From positions 39,670,024-39,734,023 of the forward strand of contig NC_068982.1 of the NCBI RefSeq assembly GCF_001194135.2: a stretch of DNA of 64,000 nucleotides. The letters run 5' to 3'. Within the stretch, counting starts at the first letter, position 1. Each line of letters begins with the position of its first letter. Made by a program: the position numbers and the translations under genes. The notes below the pieces were generated by a model that saw only the letters and a program-made list of their open reading frames with translations, searched no databases and had not been told where the DNA came from. This document shows positions 41,028 to 53,395 of the stretch, one piece after another. The DNA is from Octopus bimaculoides. Taxonomy: Eukaryota.

Positions 41028-41387
41028 CATTATTATTATTTTATATGAATCTCTCGATAATTGAGTCAACAGTGAAGTGAGCTATTATTTTATACTCCCC
41101 ATTATGGTATAAACTGATAAGCGAAAAGTTTGTGGTGATCACTTCATTGTCACATTTTAATGGCTGTTAACATTTGATTTGTTTTGAGTTGTATTTAGAT
41201 ATTATTATCAATTCCATGNNNNNNNNNNNNNNNNNNNNNNNNNNNNNNNNNNNNNNNNNNNNNNNNNNNNNNNNNNNNNNNNNNNNNNNNNNNNNNNNNN
41301 NNNNNNNNNNNNNNNNNNNNNNNNNNNNNNNNNNNNNNNNNNNNNNNNNNNNNNNNNNNNNNNNNNNNNNNNNNNNNNNNNNNNNNN

Positions 41388-41421
<34 letters not shown>

Positions 41422-42601
41422 TATATATGCAATATATAATTGTCAGTAAATGTGACAAGGGTAATAGAAATACCTACATTGCTGGAATAAGAGCTAAAAT
41501 GCTCTAATACTCGAATCAAGGCACATGATTCTATACATATACACTGACGGGGGCTATAATCGCCAGAATGACACTGATCGATAACTCCCGATACTGACCG
41601 TTGAGTTTCGGCAATTTCCGTTGCCTCATCAGTAAGGACTCCCCAACTTCGGCATTTCATCGAAAGAAATTGAAAGAAGCCTTTCGGACATGTGTGTGTC
41701 CGTGTGTGTGTGTGAGTATCTGTGTATATTTGTATTTGTGTTTGTCCTACTACTTTTTTGCACGTTTTCTTTTTTTTTAATCTATATTAAAAAAAGAGAA
41801 CAGGCCTGCTGAGACAACACATGCAGCATTATAATTACATCATGTCAATGGTTAAATATACAGCTCAAGGTGAGAGCGCTTCAATTTGCAATGTCTATTG
41901 TACTAAAGAAGCATAATCTGTGTAACTCGGTAAGCGTTCACGCTTAACTAGTTACATGGAAATAATTAAGCGTCATCGCATGTGAAACTAATATAAGTGA
42001 AACGAAATGAAATTATTAATGTACGTCAAACTAAATGCAACATTCACTGCTCTTAGTTTTTATCTCCTCAGGAGACCTATTTTAGCAAATCCGAAGCACC
42101 AAATAAAAAATTTGTTAAAATCATAATTGTGTTTTGGTAACAAGGAACATGAAAAACTTAACGCCAAACTGAAAAAAAGGTATTCGACATACTTGTGATC
42201 ACACCTTTTTTTCACAGCAATGGATATAAATCATTACTTATGAAAAATACATTGAAAACTTCACATTATACCGTTTTGTTATTTCACTATATATAATTTA
42301 CCTCATCACTTAACAGACATGTTGAGTAAATCCAATGCATTCTCTATTCCGTTTGAAAATAACATTAATGTACAGCGATTCTAAAATATACGCCTATTAT
42401 CATACATGGAAAACTAAAATTGATATGGCACGTCTCTAATACTTTATAACTGCACAGGCGTTGCTTTCAACTTTTGCATGGGTGCACAGTAACATAGGTA
42501 GAAAACACGAAATGTACGCGCGAGTGATAATATATGTACGCAAATAAATATGCGTACACACACACACACACACAGAGATATATATATATATATATATATA
42601 A

Positions 42602-42678
<77 letters not shown>

Positions 42679-43987
42679 NNNNNNNNNNNNNNNNNNNNNN
42701 NNNNNNNNNNNNNNNNNNNNNNNNNNNNNNNNNNNNNNNNNNNNNNNNNNNNNNNNNNNNNNNNNNNNNNNNNNNNNNNNNNNNNNNNNNNNNNNNNNNN
42801 NNNNNNNNNNNNNNNNNNNNNNNNNNNNNNNNNNNNNNNNNNNNNNNNNNNNNNNNNNNNNNNNNNNNNNNNNNNNNNNNNNNNNNNNNNNNNNNNNNNN
42901 NNNNNNNNNNNNNNNNNNNNNNNNNNNNNNNNNNNNNNNNNNNNNNNNNNNNNNNNNNNNNNNNNNNNNNNNNNNNNNNNNNNNNNNNNNNNNNNNNNNN
43001 NNNNNNNNNNNNNNNNNNNNNNNNNNNNNNNNNNNNNNNNNNNNNNNNNNNNNNNNNNNNNNNNNNNNNNNNNNNNNNNNNNNNNNNNNNNNNNNNNNNN
43101 NNNNNNNNNNNNNNNNNNNNNNNNNNNNNNNNNNNNNNNNNNNNNNNNNNNNNNNNNNNNNNNNNNNNNNNNNNNNNNNNNNNNNNNNNNNNNNNNNNNN
43201 NNNNNNNNNNNNNNNNNNNNNNNNNNNNNNNNNNNNNNNNNNNNNNNNNNNNNNNATATATATATATATAAACAGAAGAAAAATGATGAATCAACAAGAC
43301 CGCGGTCAATTACGGACGCATTTCGAACTTAACATAAAACATAATTAGCGTAATATTCCAAAAATAAATTTACGAGTGTTAAAATTAAATATGCATGCGA
43401 TCGAGCGACATTGTATGATTAATATTTAACAGCACTCGTAATAATATATACAGATGAGTGTAATTCATATCTTTCTTTTATACCCACGTGTGTGCTACGA
43501 ACTATCCCGCAGAAAAATGCAGTTTCGTTCTAGGAGTGAAATTTAATTTTAATAATAATAATATAGAGTAAAATTAGAAATAATTTTACCACGGAGTCAG
43601 TAGATAAAAAAATCTTTTTAGGTAAATTATACAAAATATTGTATAATTATATACATTATTATAATAAGGGGTTAGCTAAATGCCTCGCCACGTACTGAAT
43701 TAGAAATAGACGTTAATGTATTTTCTTCTACCATAAAATCTCTTCTTTTGCCTACATTGAAAGTGTGTTATTGTCTCGGCGATTTTATGATAGTAGAAAA
43801 GACATTAGAGTCATTTTCTAATTCAGTACGTGACGAGGCAATTAGCTAACCTCTTATTATAATTATGTATATAATTATAGAATATTTTGTACAATTTACC
43901 TAAAAGGCTTTTTTTACGTACTCACTACTTGGTAAAATTATTTCTAATTTTACCTTATATTATTATTAAAATTTTATATATAGGGTT

Positions 43988-44153
43988 AGGAGCAGCTGTG
44001 TGGTAAATAGCTTACTTACGAATCATATGGTTCTGAGTTCAGTCCAACTGCGTGGCAACTTGAGCGAATGCCTTCTACTATAGCCTCGGGCTGACCAAAG
44101 CCTTGTGAGTGGATTTGGTAGACGGAAATTGAAAGAAGCCCGTCGTATATATG

Positions 44154-44184
<31 letters not shown>

Positions 44185-44350
44185 ATGCGTGTGTGTATAA
44201 GTCTCCGTGTCTGTGTTTGTCCTCCCAACATCGCTTGACAACTGATGGTGTTGTGTTTACATCCCCGTAGCTTAGCGGTTCGGCAAAAGAAACCGATAGG
44301 ATAAGTACTAGGGGTCGATTTTCTCGACTAAAGGCGGTGCTCCAGCATGG
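43988..44350 (+). mobile_element. tRNA-derived SINE, family A
   Basis: aggagcagctgtgtggtaaatagc...gagttcagtcc...ccaaagccttgtgagtggatttggtagacgg; truncated by gap. Confidence 0.85.
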
Positions 44351-44451
44351 NNNNNNNNNNTAATAAGGGTGGTTTGTTAGCAATCTTTTTTACCGAAAGG
44401 CAAAAATATATACGCCACTAAAGCTATTCAGCATCAGTATTGCTAGAAATA

Positions 44452-44841
44452 AGGCAAGCTTTGTAAGCACCGGGCAAGGCCAGATTACCACTGATTTGGC
44501 ATTAATGCTCGTTTTTGGCTCTTACCATAGCCTTGGGTTAAACTCAACTCGACTTGTTAGCTTATAAGATTACCGTAGAAATCATACGCTGATTTCAGTC
44601 TCTTTAGTGATATACATATTGCTGCCTCTCAGTTGAAAAATTGTTAACAAGCTACCCTTATTATGTATAATTTACACCATTGCTATTTATGAAATCAGCG
44701 TTTAATTTTTACGGTGATCCTATAAGCTGACTAGGCGAGTTGAGTTTAACTAAAGGCGTCGGTGAGAGCCACTGACGAACATTAATATAAATGCGAAATC
44801 ACTGGTGATCTGGCTATGCTCGATGCTTCGAGAGTATGCCT
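44452..44841. mobile_element. MITE-like imperfect inverted repeat (~145-bp arms)
   Basis: 44452-44597 (…gttaaactcaactcg..tagcttata…acgctgatttca) pairs with 44690-44841 (tgaaatcagcgt…tataagct..cgagttgagtttaac…). Confidence 0.7.
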
Positions 44842-45279
44842 CCCTTGTCAGTCAATAAGATGGTGCTTACTGCGGCTATGAGTTGTTTTGACTCTTACTT
44901 CTAGCTGTACTGGTGCTGAATAGCCCTCTCAGTCGCATTATATAAACATACATGAGGGTGTGTGTGTGTGTGGATATACACACATATATACTTATACACA
45001 CAGAGATGCATACAGATATTTTGAGACACTTATATACTTGAACACAGACAGGCATACACAGATTCATGCGTGCAGATATCTCCACACATAAATACGTAAA
45101 CATAGACAGGCATAATAATAAACACATCGGTTTGAATTAATTATATTGTATGCTCACTAGCACATATTTATTCTCTTTTCTCTTGTCATTTCAGTCTAAC
45201 GACTTTAATAGTGCTATTGTTGAGATGCTAGTTCTTGCTAGTTCGATATGTGCCTGGATATTTTATCCCCCCTCTTACT

Positions 45280-45316
<37 letters not shown>

Positions 45317-45387
45317 NNNNNNNNNNNNNNNNNNNNNNNNNNNNNNNNNNNNNNNNNNNNNNNNNNACACACAAACACACATATATA

Positions 45388-45796
45388 CTCTTTACTCTTT
45401 TTACTCTTTTATTTGTTTCAGTCATTTGACTGCGGCCATGCTAGAGCACCGCCTTTAGTCGAGCAAATCGACCCCAGGACTTATTCTTTGTAAACCTAGT
45501 ACTTATTCTATCGGTCTATTTTGCCGAACCGTTAAGTGACGGGGACATAAACACACCAGCATCGGTTGTCAAGCAATGCTAGGGGGACAAACACAGACAC
45601 ACATATACATATATACGAATATATATATATACGACTGGCTTCTTTTCAGTTTCCGTCTACCAAATCCACTCACAAGGCTTTGGTCGGCCCGAGGCTATAG
45701 TAGAAGACACTTGCCCAAGGTGCCACGCAGTGAGACTGAACCCGGGACCATGTGGTTGGTAAGCAAGCTACTTACCACACAGCCACTCCTGCGCCT
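45388..45796 (-). mobile_element. tRNA-derived SINE, family A (full length)
   Basis: Near-identical to 10891-11326. Confidence 0.9.
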
Positions 45797-48185
45797 ATAT
45801 ATATATATATATTATCCAAATATATATACACGTACATGGCCGATACAGCTTGGCACACATGACGTCACAACTCATTTCTACAGCTCTGTGAACTGGAGCA
45901 ACGTGAAATAAAGTGTCTTGCTCAAGAACACAAATAGGAGAAATAATCGTTTCACTTGAAAAGCGTTACATTATTTTTTATGTATATTTACGGTGTTAAT
46001 TTCCATAATTTTCTAGTTCTGAAGAAAGATGTCATGTAATTTGGTAACTGTTTTTAACATCGGTGTTAATCAGAATTTTTAAAAATAGAATTTAAAATTA
46101 GTGCAAATCCTATTCAAACACGACATTATACTTTTAGTCCTTCGATTAAGTTATTATCCACTATCGATTAAGATATTATCCATTAAGTATTATTTGAAAC
46201 GCTTCGATTGTGCAAAGGCTATGTTTTTTTTTTAATTATTTTTCAGTTAAAATTATATGCTGGACCGTTGGACACAATATTCCATTGCAATTTCAAATCG
46301 GTGCCCCATGACTTTAAACTCCCTATTTATTCCGTTAGTGGTGTTAATTTTCTCATTATTTGTTAGAAAGAGTATTTTTGTTCATATTATAGCGTTTCTT
46401 AAAGGTATTCAACGTAGAACCGCTATTATGCCTATAGCTAACATGCGTAACGACAATTAATTTGAACATGAAGCACAGATATTTTTTTACAGTGTATTGA
46501 AAGGAGACTATGCACTAAAGCCAATGCTTTCTAGCGTTACCTCTTTTATATTTTTCAACATCGTTCAGATTTTCGCAGTATTTATTTGAATTTTGGAAGA
46601 GTAAGATTCCTAAATACCTCTTCAGCGTTTCTAGACATCCGTTGCTTAATTTGCAGGATGAGGTAATGTTGCTGATTTGAGACGGAAGTGGAATTCAGTG
46701 TTATAGTTAAACGTCACAAGTTTGGTGTTTTATTTTAACTTCGTGTCTAGCGTATGTTTTGTGTGTATTTACTTTAGTATTGTATTGTGTTGTGGGAATT
46801 GTTTCCAACAATAATTGTCTAGTTTAGTTTTATGAAGAACTGTGATGGGTATAAATGTGTTGTCCACTAATGTCTTTGTATTCCATTTTGTTTTTTGTGT
46901 GTAGTGCATTGCCAAATTTCATTGCATATGTGAGGACACTGTTCCACCGCCTCACCATGCATGATGAGGCGCTATGATTATCTTGTATTTGTAAGACCAA
47001 TAAAACAATTCAATCCATGAAAATTAGAAATTCTAGGTTTTCAAAGTTAATTATGAGCAATATTTGTCACCAGTAGCTTGTCCCCGGCTTTATGTATTTG
47101 CAATTTATTTAACCTTAGAGTTTGTACATATTATTGTCGCTGAGATGTCTTATTTTACGATCTTCTGTTTATGTGTTCATCTAACCTATAATTCGAATAA
47201 GTCTAATTTTTATAATGCATTTTTATAACTGATTGTATGTTCTTAATAACTTAATTACTATGCTACAGCTCTGTCTATCTGTTTGTTAGAAAACTTTTAA
47301 TTATTTAGTGCAATTTAAAAAACAAAAAATTAATTTCATTCTTCCATTTATTGAGGGGAATGCTCTTCCATGTAGTAGCTTTTCTGTTTATGTGGCTTTT
47401 CTGTTAAACATTTTCTATTTATGTGGATACCTTCTGTCTCCGACTTACTGCACGCATATATCTGTACCGATGGTGTAATGTGTCTGCTGCTCCCTATCTG
47501 AACAACTGTGTATAAAAACAATTATGTATAAAAAGTATTATGTATGAAGAGTAAGAGTAAATTACAATCCTTTTTACGAATAACCACCTACAGTCATGTA
47601 AATGTACAAACACGCAACTAATGACCCATGTAATTTATAAATTCGATTCCAAACAGGGAAGTCGTGGGCTTCAAAATTTTGTTATTCTCAACATACAGGT
47701 ACGACACTCTACAGTCAGCTCACCATACACTTACTACATCGCAATTCATTACAGTACAGAACACAAAATAGAACTAAATAAGAAAACTATTAATGGTCTA
47801 TGGATTTAAGCCGCACAAAATTTCTAATAAAATATACAACAGTGATGGAAACTATACGCAGAGCACAACGCGATTGTAAAATAAATAGGTTAATGACATA
47901 TGCAAGTCAGACAGGTGTAATAAACGTTTTATAGTCGTTGTATCAATCTGGAAATTTAAGTACGCGAATTCCAGCGGTAAAGTTTACACCAATCACGTAG
48001 GACTTGTATACTCTTTAGAGACATGCATTCCAGCATTACTTCAAACTGAAAACGAGACTGTGATCGCCTGGAAACGTTGGTTATGGAATAAAGCACATTA
48101 CTCTTTCATAAATGTCCGCAAGAAGCGCATTCGAAATTATAAAAAGGTTCTTGAAAAGATGTCATGAACCTGGAACAGTATTGTA

Positions 48186-48240
<55 letters not shown>

Positions 48241-48246
48241 AATACA

Positions 48247-48278
<32 letters not shown>

Positions 48279-48289
48279 CATACATACAA

Positions 48290-49106
48290 TTTACTTGCAA
48301 TGCCAGTACTCATACCAACATTTGGGCTGATTCACTGGACGCTTGATGAGATCCGAGCCATTGATGTGAAAACCCGGAAAATACTAACAAACACACATAA
48401 TTTCCACACAAACAGTGATGTAGACCGCCTCTACCTAAAACAAAAACAAAGCGGCAGAGGCATAACATCGATCCAAAATACCTTTGAATATCTATCATAT
48501 GCCTTCGGCAACATCTTTTAACCACCGAGTGTCGAAGCACATCCCTTGACTAAGTTTGCATTAATGTAGCTGATAATATCTCAAGACTTGGAAGGCAGAT
48601 GCTTGAGCAGCATTCCTTATCCGATAATCTTAAATACATGCCCAAAGAAGTCTCACGACTCTACCGCTACGTATCGTCAAATGAAAGGATGAGCATATAT
48701 GAGCGGAAGACTCTGCGTGGATGTGTTGGTAGAAAACTCCGCAATGATAGTAACATTGATCATCAAAGCCGTCTATCATGTACCAGTAACCGTATTACTT
48801 CTTCCCACTTTGAAGAGTATACGTTTGCAATCTAGGTACAGGATATACTAACCAAATACCTGATACACAGAAGGGATAGTGATGCAGGAAAATCTTTAAA
48901 ATGTGACAACCGATGCAGATTTTGTGAAGTCTACACCGAAGATACCAACCACATCATGAGTAGTTGTCCAAAAATTTAATCACGGTATTATCTACCGATG
49001 AGATATGATGTTGTAGCTAAGACACTCTATAATGATATCTGTCGGAAGGATAACACCGAAGACAAAGAAATAAGAACTCAGTATGGTAGAAACCATGGTC
49101 ACTCAT
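48290..49106 (+). mobile_element. R4/Dong-like (RLE) LINE fragment, degenerate
   Basis: AMPVLIPTFGLIHWTLDEIRAIDVKTRKILT...SDVDRLYLKQKQSGRGITSI, then CDNRCRFCEVYTEDTNHIMSSCP zinc knuckle and RYDVVAKTLY. Confidence 0.8.
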
Positions 49107-49289
49107 NNNNNNNNNNNNNNNNNNNNNNNNNNNNNNNNNNNNNNNNNNNNNNNNCTAGGTACAGGATATACTAACCAAATACCTGATACACAGAAGGGAT
49201 AGTGATTGTTTTTATAGAAGACCAGGAGTCACCCATACATACCAGCCTCCCCACTCCACGCCACCAATTTTATCCAAGGAAAAGACAAA

Positions 49290-49468
49290 AGCTGATACAG
49301 CTGGGCACCAGTGACATCACAACTCATTTCTACAGCTGAGTGAACTGGAGGAACGTACAATAAAGTGTCTTGCTCATGAATACAACACGCAGCCCAGTCC
49401 GGGAATCGAACTCACAACCTCACGATCATAAGCTTGACGCTCTAACCACTAAGCCATGAGCCTTCACA
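49290..49468 (-). mobile_element. tRNA-derived SINE, family C (5' part)
   Basis: Minus head gtgaaggctcatggcttagtggttagagcg...gagttcgattcccgg. Confidence 0.75.
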
Positions 49469-49470
49469 CA

Positions 49471-49501
<31 letters not shown>

Positions 49502-50519
49502 GTAAATACATAGGTAGTGGAAGGAATAGATAGTAGAAGAATATAGTCTTATGTAAATACATAGGTAGTAGAAGGAATAGAGAGATTTGTGCATATTTAT
49601 ATCGTGTAATCTAATAAAATAAAGCATGAGCAATTGATCGTTTTGAGAGAAAAGAATTAAGAAACTCGCTTATATAGCAGTCTACTATTCACACATTCCA
49701 CTTCTATTTGCTTATTCCTTTGGTGAATTTTTTTTTTTTAGATTCATATTTTTCATTTATTTAACAGAATGCACAATTTGCAAAGTCAACAAATGTCTGT
49801 GACACATATTGGTAGGTTGAAAGCGAACTCGTAGTATTATTTCTGTCAACAACTTCCTCTCTGTATCACGAAGAGAAAAGAAATGCTTTATTGCCGATTG
49901 CCTGAACAGCACGACCACATTTAATTTTGCATCTCTATACCAATATCACCTGACACCTGGGATCGCAAAGCATAGATACGTGTAAAAGAAAATAAAAATA
50001 TTCAAGAGGAAAACGAAATCATCGATAAAACTATTTATATAAAATTTTCAGATATAACTTCTCAACTTCATCGACAAATTTATATTCCCACAGAATGTTA
50101 TGGATTGCTGATCACTTAACGATAACTTGCTTTCATGACGCACACAGATTGTTGTTTTTTATATACAAAACAGATTTACTTTGCATCCAATCGATTTAAT
50201 CGCAATATCTAACATGTATTAATTTTATTGAATCCGTTAATATGTAAATCATGTCTATCTGGAGCAATCCATCAAGGCAGATTTTCAAAATATTGATGTT
50301 AAAGAGAAAATAAATTCCCGTGCTTGTGCTAACATTATACTTCCATTTTATTTGATAACATTATTTTACGAAGAGACATAATCTAAGATCTTGCTCATTC
50401 ATTAGAATTAAGTTAGACATGACTCACAACATAGATTTTTTATCCATTGGATACCTTTAGTGTCGCTGTTGCTATGGAGATATCCTTACTGTCGCTGCAT
50501 CAAGTTCTTACTGAAACTA

Positions 50520-50729
50520 ATACGCTTTTACTTGTTTCAGTCATTTCACTGCAACCATGCTGGAGCGCCACCTTTAGTCGAATAGCTTGTCCCCAGGACT
50601 TATTCTTTGTAAGCCTCGTACTTATTCTATCGGTCTCTTTTTGCCAGACCACTAGGTGACGTGACGTAAACACACCAACATCGGCTGTCAAGCGATGGTG
50701 GGGAACAGACACAGAAACAAACAACAAAC

Positions 50730-50730
<1 letters not shown>
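50520..50730 (-). mobile_element. SINE family A, 3' half
   Basis: tttacttgtttcagtcatttcactgcaaccatgctggagc...ggacttattctttgtaagcc. Confidence 0.75.
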
Positions 50731-50762
<32 letters not shown>

Positions 50763-50789
50763 CANNNNNNNNNNATTTTTTCAATGTTG

Positions 50790-50827
<38 letters not shown>

Positions 50828-50850
50828 TTCATTATTATTCAGTTCACTAT

Positions 50851-50940
50851 GCCATATGCCATAGTGGTTAAGAGTGCGAGCTACTAACCTCAAGATTCCG
50901 AGTTCGATTCCAAGCAGTGACACCTGAATAATAATAATAA

Positions 50941-50971
<31 letters not shown>

Positions 50972-51120
50972 AAGAAGATTGAAAAAATATCCTAGGAATA
51001 AGAACCTCGGTTCGAAATTACCCCAAGACACCTGATGAAGGCTGGAGGGTATATCAGCCGAAACGTTGTGTTAACAACAATCAAGATGAGGTCAAATGTA
51101 AATAATGTAAACAATATTTC
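50851..51120 (+). mobile_element. tRNA-headed SINE carrying a hammerhead ribozyme in a Penelope-like tail
   Basis: A-box-like gccatagtggttaag, B-box agttcgattcc (50901-50911), internal (AAT)n(AAG)n, then hammerhead core at 51027-51072. Confidence 0.6.
51027..51072 (+). ncRNA. Minimal type-I hammerhead ribozyme
   Basis: GACAC-CTGATGA-A-GGCTG(gagggtatat)CAGCC-GAAA-CGTT-GTGTT: intact core, 5-bp stem II, palindromic ACGT stem III, GUU site, stem I GACAC/GTGTT. Confidence 0.7.
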
Positions 51121-51127
51121 TTGTTAT

Positions 51128-51305
51128 AAAGGCAGCGAGCGACATTTCGCCCTTCTTTATGAACTGTATTCAAATGCCACCGAGGTCGACTTCACCTTTC
51201 ATCCCTTCGAGATCGATAAAATACGTAGCAGTTGAATACTGCGGTCGATGTAATCGATTTAACCCTCTCCCGAATTTGCCAGCCTTGAGCCATAATTTGA
51301 AACTT
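51128..51305 (+). mobile_element. SINE family B (degenerate)
   Basis: ccaccgaggtcgacttcacctttcatcccttcgagatcgataaaata...ggtcgatgtaatcga. Confidence 0.7.
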
Positions 51306-51659
51306 GTCATAATACTTGGGAGAAGCTAAATTCTCTGCTTATTCCTTCACAATGTGTGATTTCTCTAATTCTTTTTATTGTGATTTAATATTGCTGAATG
51401 GTATGATACTGATAATAACCTGTAACAATTGCTTATATGGTATGTACTGGTCATCTATCCACAATCTCGCACTCTTTGTTTTAGAGACCCTTTTGTCCGT
51501 AAGACAAATCACAATACATTAGGATATCTAACCTGATATAGATGCGATATAACCCAGATATTTACACGTTAGGAGGATATAACCTTTTCTGTATTTTCTC
51601 AATAATATATTGGTGTTAGATATAAAAAAAATCTTAGTAATATTTGTTTTATATTTTAG

Positions 51660-51760
51660 AGCAAGGAGATTTAAAATATGACTATATATTAAAATTTTAC
51701 GTTGTAGTTATTGCATTAAAATTTTTCTTTCTGAATTTGTACAGAACTATTTCAGTATGA
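51660..51760 (+). CDS. Candidate alternative terminal exon (E)QGDLKYDYILKFYVVVIALKFFFLNLYRTISV*
   Basis: Acceptor atttgttttatattttag|; phase 1. Confidence 0.25.
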
Positions 51761-52793
51761 TATGTTTAATCTAAGTATTTCATTAAAAATTCATCAAGTT
51801 ATGAGTGAGTTGAAAATACCTGTTTTAAAGTTAATATAAAAGACAAACATTTATTAAAAGAATTTTCTATACAGGCCCACATATAAGAAATAATATTGGC
51901 TTATCAGCTTGCTTTTAGCTGAATTAGTTTTAACATGAAAGTCAAACAATGCGTTTAATACCTTTGAGTCTGTGAAATGAAGTCTGAACAGTAAAAACAT
52001 AGCAAGAAAGAAAACAAAGCAAGCTTTTACTTATTTAAAACTTTGTTTACATGCTGCGTCCTTTTTATCGTTTTTTGTGGTGTCCTTTACATTTTGTCTC
52101 ATTAATATTCGCATTGTAATCGACTGTGAGATCTCTGTAACATAAAACAAGTGACTGGCGGAAAAAAAAAACTGTTGGAGAATATATAAATGTCGTCTGA
52201 TACAAGAGTGTTTTATTTATTTTAACTTAAAAGAACAAATTATTTCACCATGGTTATGTTTTTAAAGGCAAGAACACTTGAATGAGAGACAGTGGCAAAA
52301 TCTGAAGATTTTTTGCTTAAGTGTTTCATTGTCAACATGAATCGCCTTGATATGTACCCAACAGTAAGTAATAAGAAATTGGGCTTTTAGAAAATGTCTG
52401 TTTACTTAGTCACAAATATTATCATAGTTAGATAGCGCAGACTTCTATGAAGCAACGTCAATGTCTAGCAACACCAATGTCTTAGTTTCGTTGTCCAGTT
52501 AGAAATAATTCTAATAATTTCAATCATTGATGTCCCCAAGAGGAAATCGCATCTAATATCCACATTTCATCAATATTTTTCTTAATATCTATATTTGAAT
52601 TCCTTACTGGTTGGAACAATTGAACAATCACAGTTTTGAAAATGCTCAGGTGACTTCAAGGGGTTAAGAAATAGTTTCTGATGTAATTCGAAAAGTATGA
52701 ATTCTATTTCTAATACTACTCTTACAAGATGTGGGGTTTTAGAAAATTACTATTTTTAAATCTCACAACGAGAGGTATTCGGCAACAGTACTT

Positions 52794-53125
52794 TGGAGTA
52801 AAGATTTTTGCCAACATAACACGCCAGTTCCTGGTTTAGGATGTTGCCCCAGGAGACATCGTCTCAAGCTGGCTATACGACACGATCTGTGTCCTTATAT
52901 TTTCGAACAAGGGAATCTAGCACCCCAACTCAATTCGAAGCAATATCTGTGTATCGCGATTTCCGGGTTATTTCCCTTCCTCAGCACAGAATAATTGTTC
53001 GAAAATATTAGGACACAGATCGTGTCGTATAGCCAGCTGGAGACGATGTCTCCTGGGGCTAAATTGCAGCAACATTCGTCCTAATCCAGCACTGCCATGT
53101 TATGTTGGTAAAAATCTTTACTCCA
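52794..53125. mobile_element. MITE with ~115-bp TIRs
   Basis: tggagtaaagatttttgccaacataac...gctggctatacgacacgatctgtgtcc...ttttcgaacaa / ttgttcgaaaa...ggacacagatcgtgtcgtatagccagc...aaaatctttactcca. Confidence 0.8.
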
Positions 53126-53179
53126 TGTGGGGTTTTGTCCTTCTGTAACGATTAAGTTAAATCGTTATCGTTGTAAAGG

Positions 53180-53395
53180 AAGGTGGTGAGTCAGCAGAAT
53201 CGTTAGAATGTTGGACAAAATGATTTACGACATTTCTTCCTGCTCTTTACATTCTGAGTCAGCAAATTATGCTGAGGTCAACTTCGCTTTTCCTCATTTT
53301 GAGGTCGATGAAAAACGTTCTAGTCGAGCACTGGGGTCGATGTAATCGACTAACCTCACTTCCTAAAATTGTTAACCCTGTGCTGAAGTCTAAGA
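53180..53395 (+). mobile_element. SINE family B
   Basis: aaggtggtgagtcagcagaatcgttag...gaggtcaacttcgcttttcctc...ggggtcgatgtaatcgac. Confidence 0.75.

Noticed and set aside
45150-45458. ORF SNDFNSAIVEMLVLASSICAW… as an exon
   Set aside because: The acceptor at 45194 is strong, but the ORF is phase 0, runs into (TA)n and has no donor; in phase 1 it gives only V*.
46948-46971. 24-nt near-palindrome cgcctcaccatgcatgatgaggcg (and hairpin 16662-16698)
   Set aside because: Too short and isolated to support a miRNA or regulatory call.
48040-48090. Hammerhead at ctgaaaacgag…ggaaacgtt
   Set aside because: Core lacks CUGANGA and stems I/II do not pair.
49768-49802. ECTICKVNKCL* as a second zinc-finger cassette
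   Set aside because: Only CxxC is present; a stop occurs before any His pair and the spacing does not fit C2H2.
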